Below, in pieces: positions 58,691 through 64,000 of a stretch of DNA of 64,000 nt (positions are counted from its first letter, which is position 1; every line of letters begins with the position of its first letter). Made by a program: the position numbers and the translations under genes. The stretch is from the IMG/VR virus record IMGVR_UViG_3300012344_000018, positions 1 through 64,000 of that record; one strand, 5' to 3'. The notes under the pieces were generated by a model that worked only from the letters and a program-made list of their open reading frames with translations, was not told the DNA's origin and did no database searches. Origin of the DNA: a virus. Taxonomy: Duplodnaviria; Caudoviricetes.

Positions 58691-61600
58691 TTAATAATTA
58701 TTAGTTATAAATGTAACTTCTTCAAATTTAATTCTTCTATCATTATCGAAAATAAATCTAGCAACAATATATCTACCATAAATAAGAGATTTACTATCAT
58801 CTAGTTTATTATATTCAGATTTAATGTTTTCATCAGTTATTTCTTTTCTTTCATAAGCATGAGTTTTAGTATTATAAACTATAGCTACAAACTTACCATT
58901 ATCAAGAAGTTTATTTACATCATTTCTAAAGTAATTAAATTCCCAATGACCTTTTTGAAAAGTAGGAAGTTTATAAGCATTGAAAGCATTAGTATCACCA
59001 TTGTCGTTTATATCAATAGCTCCAGTATAAGTTTCATCACTATAAAGAATAATACTATTTCCGCTAAATCGTCTATTAAGAAGTTCAGCTGGATTCATAT
59101 TATTAAACTTAGCAGTAAGAGTATTAAGTATATAATGAATACTTTCAAGACTTTTAGCTTGCTCTGGATTAACATTGCAAACAACATCTATATAAGACTT
59201 ATATGTTTTATCTGAAAGAGGTTTTGTAGTATAAACAGTATCATCAACTGTTGGTTTACTATCATAAGTATAATCATAATAAGCACTACGTTCTACTTCT
59301 ACATCACCAGTCTTATAAATAATAAGTGCTCTTATTCTACAACTTGTAGTAAGCTCTATTAAATCACTAGTATTAGGATTAAATGTTTTACTATTTTTAT
59401 TAGGCTGACTGCCATCAAGAGTATAGTATATAGTATCTACAGATTCATTTTCTGTTTCAAGACTAAGTTTATATTTATTTACTATTCGTATTATAGGAAC
59501 AAGCGCATAATCCCCAATATTTATAGTTTTATCATTAGTGGTATCTTTATAAGTAACATTCAATGCAACATGATTTGAAATACTATCAATTAAAGTTATA
59601 CTTTCTCCTTTAGCAAATTCGTCTTTTGTAATACTAAAACATTTACTTGTACTATTACCATAACCTTCAGCAACTATTTTACAAGTATATTCAGAAGTAT
59701 TTGTTATAACAATATATTCTTTATTTCTAACACAAGTTATATAATTTATTAGAACGTCAGGAGTTTCATCATGATTCACAGACTCTTTTAAATAAACAGT
59801 ATTACCATCCAGAATTTCAACATCATAATTTCTATAACTTATAGTTAAAGGTTTGTCTGCATTAAAAAGATAACCATTAGGGTCTTTACTATTATTACAA
59901 TAAAGAACTCCTGGATTATATACATTTCCATCATAAGTAAAGTTTATACTATCGTTCCAAACACCATCTTTGTCATTATGTTCAAGTTTTACACTTTTAA
60001 TTGTAATCTTAGATAAATCTACACTTACTGGTGTAATATCAACTCCTTCATCATTTTGATATTCATCTAAAGTATTACATAGTTTACCATATAAAATAGT
60101 CTTTTTTCCATAAATATCACTTATCTTATAATCATCAATATAATAAGTTGCATATTCTGAATCAACAGAACCAAAGAAAACACTTATAGTCTTATCTGTA
60201 TCTTCGTCATAATGATATAACTTTATATACTTATAATTCTTTACTACATCTGTAAGTTTATATCTTATTTCGTTACCATATACTAATATTGGGTACTTAA
60301 TTAGATTTATAGTATTTCCTGTAGGAAGACTAGGTTTAGCTCCACTACTTTCATTAGATGAAGCATTATATTGAGGATAATAAAGACTCTCTTTATTTCT
60401 TAAATTTTTATATCCAGTTTCAGATTCATCAAACTTATAAAGTCTATTTCTATCTTTAATATTATCTAGAAAATAAGCAGTATTATAAGTTCTATAGCAA
60501 TTAGTAAAACTATAATCATGAAGACTTATAAAAGTATTAGTATTAAAATTATAACTAACAGTTATAGGATAATCTGTATTATCTACATTTACATATATAC
60601 ATATAATAAGACGATTAGTAATTAAATCTTCTCCAAATCTAATAGTACTAATATTCAAATCTTTAATGAAATTATTAATATCAGAAGAAAGAACAGAAGC
60701 TTTACCATTCTCATATTTAAATATTATCTTATTAGTAGCATCATACCAAATATAACCATTCTTACTAACAATAGATTCTTCTTTGTCTTTAAGACCTCCA
60801 AATCCTTCATTAGAAGGAAGTACTTCTTGATAATCAATATCAAATACATCAGGAATCTGAAGTTGACTACTTTGAGTAAGTTTAGGAGTTCTATCAAATA
60901 CAAATAGAGAATATTCAGTATGAACTAACATATAAAGACCAATACCTACAATGTTAGTAATATTACCTTTATTCTCTTTGATAATCTTATACTGTTCAGT
61001 CTCAAATATTCTAAAACCATTTACTAGACTTTCATCACTAATAACATTACTTCTACGAATAGTCTTGTTAAAGTTATCAATATAATCAGAATTATAATTA
61101 GTAAAACTTTTACTAGGTTTAGCAGTATAACAACCTTTTATTTCAAGAAAATCATGAAGTTTATCAGGAGTTAAAACTGAATTATAAAATACACCTTTAG
61201 TTCCACCAGCAGAAGTTACAAGACTTACAGCTCCTTTAGAATAATCTTGTTTAATGCTATAAGCATCTAAAGGTTTATCGCTATAAGAATAATCTGTTTT
61301 GGCTATAACGCCATAATCTGTTTCTGCTCCAGTATTATCAACAACTTTACTAGATGCAGCATTAAAGATTATTTCTTTAAGTTTAGTTGCTGTAGCAGGA
61401 TTAGAAGTATCTGCAAATAGTATTATCTTTTCTCTATTATAGAAACCAGGAAGATAAACGTCACTATCATGCCGATTAGTATCATAATAATTTTCTGTAA
61501 GCCTATAAAGAGTCTTAGTCTTTTTATAATAGTTTCCTATATTAGAAGATAAAAGAAAAACATATTTATTAGATGTACTAGGAGATATAGATACATTAGA

Positions 61601-63724
61601 AGTTGTAACTATGCTCTTATTAAATGTTTTACCTTTAATGATAGTATCAGCATTATTACCATATGTAAAACTATCTCCATATATAGATTCACTATTATAA
61701 ATAAATCCAGCAGTACTAATATTCATAGAAGAAGTATCTCCAAATAATTTATTCACATAAATAGCATTAGTTTCTATCTCTTCATAAGTAAGAAAATAGC
61801 CAATATATTTATCAGGAATATTAGTTGCTTGAATACTTATATAATTTATAGGATTATCATTATTAGCAGTATTAAGACTTCTAAGAAAATATCCATTAGT
61901 AAAAGAACCATCAGGTCTAATAAAATGAATATATATATTATAAGTTTGAAAAGGTATTAATGTTTTATTTATAATACCATTATTTATATTAAAAGTATTA
62001 CTTATAGTTTCAGTAGTTATACTAAGACTAGGAGCATATCCTCCTTTAGGTGCAGGAGGAGCAGAAGTTAATACATTAGTAACACTATCATTAATATATC
62101 CACCATAATGACCAGGAGTAGTATCTAATGGGTCAATAAGATAAAATGTTCCATAGATATAAACATTCCAAGCTAATTTATCACTTGTAGTATTTTGAAT
62201 AATATAAGTATGTTCACCTTTATTTGAACCATTATCTACAGATATACTACCAGTAGTAACTATATAAATTGCTCCATCTTTAATATAAACCTCTTTTACA
62301 TTGATTACACTTTTGTTACTAGAAGTATATATAGGACAATAAGTTCTATTTTTATCGGCATCATAATCTAGTAATATAACAGTATAATTTTCTTTACAAG
62401 ACCTCCAAACTTTTTTACCTTCTTCAGTAAGTTCAACGTTTTTACTTTCATAAGGAGAAATAGATTGACCAAGACTATTATAAAGTCTAAGAACCTTAAT
62501 AAAATTATTAATAATAAATGCTTTAAAATCACTTATTTGAATTTTACCATCAGAATTAGGAGTAACTTTAGATAATTCAAAAGTAGTATTATCAGTTTTA
62601 GTAGTTACTCCATTATAACTTATTTGCCCTTTAACTTTTGTATAAGTTTCTTGAGCTTCTGTAGTTTTATAAGATTTATTCTTTATAGTCAATCCAATAT
62701 ATTTATCTATATAAGCATTAACATCTATAGATTCGTTCTTATATTCTTCATAATTAGAAAGATAAATTCTATTATTGTAATTAACTATAGTCTTTATATT
62801 ATAAAGTTGATTAGGAGATTTAAGAAACTCATCAACAGATTCTTCTTTAGTAAAGATATTATCTGCTACAACAATATTTTTAGTAATAATATCATATTCA
62901 TTTTGAATACGACCTAAAACTTCTTCATCTCTTTTAATTATATATCCAAGTTGATATTTTAAAAACTTATTATCAGCAGGAACATCTATATTTATACTTA
63001 TACCTTTATCTGAAATGTTATTGTCATTAACAGCGAAATTCTCAAAACCAGATTTACTTGTATCTAGCTTTACAAGTTCATCACCTTTTAAATAAGTATG
63101 AGAAGGTGCTTCCTTTTGTTTACTCTGAATAATAATAACTTCAGGAGTTACTTGAAACCATTTAGTATAATCTACATCATTAATAGCAAATCTAATAAAA
63201 AATGTATATACACCGCAAACCAAACTACCAGTTGTAATATTATAAGAATATGAAACTGCACCAATTTCTTCTTCTTGATTATGAGAAAGATTTGTAGCTG
63301 TATCTAGATTCCAAGATTTATAAGGCACTTGAATATTAAGACCATAATTATCTACAGCATCATATTCACCAACAGCGATAATCAATTCTCCTTTATAATT
63401 ATAAGTATAAGAACCAGTTATTTTACCTCCTGAATAACTCCATCCAACATTTACTTCAAAATAAGAACCATCATCCTTATAACGATAAATTCTAGAAACT
63501 TTATCGTTAGTACAATAAGTAAATATAACAACTTCTTTATTTGTAGGTATAGCACCACAAATATATTCAGAACTATTAGGACATTCAAATGCTACTTTAA
63601 ATCCCCATTCATTAGTAAAATAACTACCAGTATCATCTACTACCATATTCTTAGCAGCAACAATACTATTATTAGGAATATCTTTAGGATTCCTATTTAA
63701 ACTAAGTTTTGGTATTATTTCCAT
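58691..63724 (-). CDS. tail stabilization/muzzle-type protein with inserted beta-rich domains
   Basis: 1677 aa; PKLSLN start, IRRSNVISDES..N.FR.F, KG.ITN; inserted IYYTLDGS.P (Fn3-associated-like) module. Confidence 0.7.
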   Translation of the reverse strand: MEIIPKLSLNRNPKDIPNNSIVAAKNMVVDDTGSYFTNEWGFKVAFECPNSSEYICGAIPTNKEVVIFTYCTNDKVSRIYRYKDDGSYFEVNVGWSYSGGKITGSYTYNYKGELIIAVGEYDAVDNYGLNIQVPYKSWNLDTATNLSHNQEEEIGAVSYSYNITTGSLVCGVYTFFIRFAINDVDYTKWFQVTPEVIIIQSKQKEAPSHTYLKGDELVKLDTSKSGFENFAVNDNNISDKGISINIDVPADNKFLKYQLGYIIKRDEEVLGRIQNEYDIITKNIVVADNIFTKEESVDEFLKSPNQLYNIKTIVNYNNRIYLSNYEEYKNESIDVNAYIDKYIGLTIKNKSYKTTEAQETYTKVKGQISYNGVTTKTDNTTFELSKVTPNSDGKIQISDFKAFIINNFIKVLRLYNSLGQSISPYESKNVELTEEGKKVWRSCKENYTVILLDYDADKNRTYCPIYTSSNKSVINVKEVYIKDGAIYIVTTGSISVDNGSNKGEHTYIIQNTTSDKLAWNVYIYGTFYLIDPLDTTPGHYGGYINDSVTNVLTSAPPAPKGGYAPSLSITTETISNTFNINNGIINKTLIPFQTYNIYIHFIRPDGSFTNGYFLRSLNTANNDNPINYISIQATNIPDKYIGYFLTYEEIETNAIYVNKLFGDTSSMNISTAGFIYNSESIYGDSFTYGNNADTIIKGKTFNKSIVTTSNVSISPSTSNKYVFLLSSNIGNYYKKTKTLYRLTENYYDTNRHDSDVYLPGFYNREKIILFADTSNPATATKLKEIIFNAASSKVVDNTGAETDYGVIAKTDYSYSDKPLDAYSIKQDYSKGAVSLVTSAGGTKGVFYNSVLTPDKLHDFLEIKGCYTAKPSKSFTNYNSDYIDNFNKTIRRSNVISDESLVNGFRIFETEQYKIIKENKGNITNIVGIGLYMLVHTEYSLFVFDRTPKLTQSSQLQIPDVFDIDYQEVLPSNEGFGGLKDKEESIVSKNGYIWYDATNKIIFKYENGKASVLSSDINNFIKDLNISTIRFGEDLITNRLIICIYVNVDNTDYPITVSYNFNTNTFISLHDYSFTNCYRTYNTAYFLDNIKDRNRLYKFDESETGYKNLRNKESLYYPQYNASSNESSGAKPSLPTGNTINLIKYPILVYGNEIRYKLTDVVKNYKYIKLYHYDEDTDKTISVFFGSVDSEYATYYIDDYKISDIYGKKTILYGKLCNTLDEYQNDEGVDITPVSVDLSKITIKSVKLEHNDKDGVWNDSINFTYDGNVYNPGVLYCNNSKDPNGYLFNADKPLTISYRNYDVEILDGNTVYLKESVNHDETPDVLINYITCVRNKEYIVITNTSEYTCKIVAEGYGNSTSKCFSITKDEFAKGESITLIDSISNHVALNVTYKDTTNDKTINIGDYALVPIIRIVNKYKLSLETENESVDTIYYTLDGSQPNKNSKTFNPNTSDLIELTTSCRIRALIIYKTGDVEVERSAYYDYTYDSKPTVDDTVYTTKPLSDKTYKSYIDVVCNVNPEQAKSLESIHYILNTLTAKFNNMNPAELLNRRFSGNSIILYSDETYTGAIDINDNGDTNAFNAYKLPTFQKGHWEFNYFRNDVNKLLDNGKFVAIVYNTKTHAYERKEITDENIKSEYNKLDDSKSLIYGRYIVARFIFDNDRRIKFEEVTFITNNY

Positions 63725-63726
63725 AA

Positions 63727-64000
63727 TTATCTTCTTGGGTCAAAAGTTGAATTATAAAAGAAGTTTCTCCAACCTTCAGCATTATATATTTCATTCTTAA
63801 CAGAAGCAATAGCTTTACTCTTAAGACTATTCCACTGAAGAAAAGGATTAGTAACAGGACTATTACTTTTTAAATCATAAACTGGATGCTTACTTCCACG
63901 ACTGAGATATTTAAAAAGTACATACCAACTAAGAGCTTCAAGTAAAAGTCCATTATCATATATATAAGGAACATCACAATCATAATATTCGTCATAGTAA
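63727..64000 (-). CDS. tail ring/tubular protein, C-terminal part (truncated by window)
   Basis: open frame ending ...GWRNFFYNSTFDPRR* just upstream of the muzzle-type gene. Confidence 0.55.
   Translation of the reverse strand, partial: YYDEYYDCDVPYIYDNGLLLEALSWYVLFKYLSRGSKHPVYDLKSNSPVTNPFLQWNSLKSKAIASVKNEIYNAEGWRNFFYNSTFDPRR

Noticed and set aside
560-62917. Many opposite-strand or nested ORFs in the ORF track (e.g. 14865-15476, 26390-27157, 38806-39453)
   Set aside because: They are Ile/Phe/Ser-rich shadows of real genes, caused by codon bias, with no protein motifs
1-64000. Stop-codon reassignment (TAG=Gln or TGA=Trp), as seen in some Crassvirales
   Set aside because: Giant ORFs are intact in the standard code, TAG ends genes (30874, 44871), and the tRNA-Gln anticodon is UUG rather than a CUA suppressor

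Overview
This window is about 64 kb of an AT-rich crAss-like phage genome (Crassvirales). The PolB-type replication module and gene order resemble the Intestiviridae/p-crAssphage type; TAnnTTTG promoter motifs point to a Bacteroidota host. It uses the standard genetic code. The + strand arm (1-30.1 kb) carries small early genes, then replication and nucleotide-metabolism genes: an SF1 helicase split by a group I intron encoding a GIY-YIG homing endonuclease, a UDG-like protein, an HNH endonuclease, PolB, an SF2 helicase-like protein, a RecT-like protein, SSB, primase, ATP-dependent ligase, ThyX, PI-PLC-like, Gp157-like, DUF932, RepL-like, dUTPase and thioredoxin-like genes. The - strand arm (30.9-64 kb) carries the giant virion RNA polymerase, other ejected/cargo proteins and tail proteins. 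The arms converge at a tRNA-Gln. The most unusual signals lie outside the gene list. (1) A GC-rich 15-bp motif, C7-GTA-R5, occurs 16 times, about every 4 kb, on both strands and mostly inside coding sequence in different frames; one copy with an extra G frameshifts a gene. (2) A second, AT-rich element has fixed geometry (AATTAATC-N29-AAATTAAAAWATTAAATAA) at four intergenic sites, with a related copy inside a virion gene. (3) There is an origin-like region before the RepL-like gene and a tRNA-shaped element lacking an anticodon arm. All product calls come from motif recognition by eye; no database search was run.
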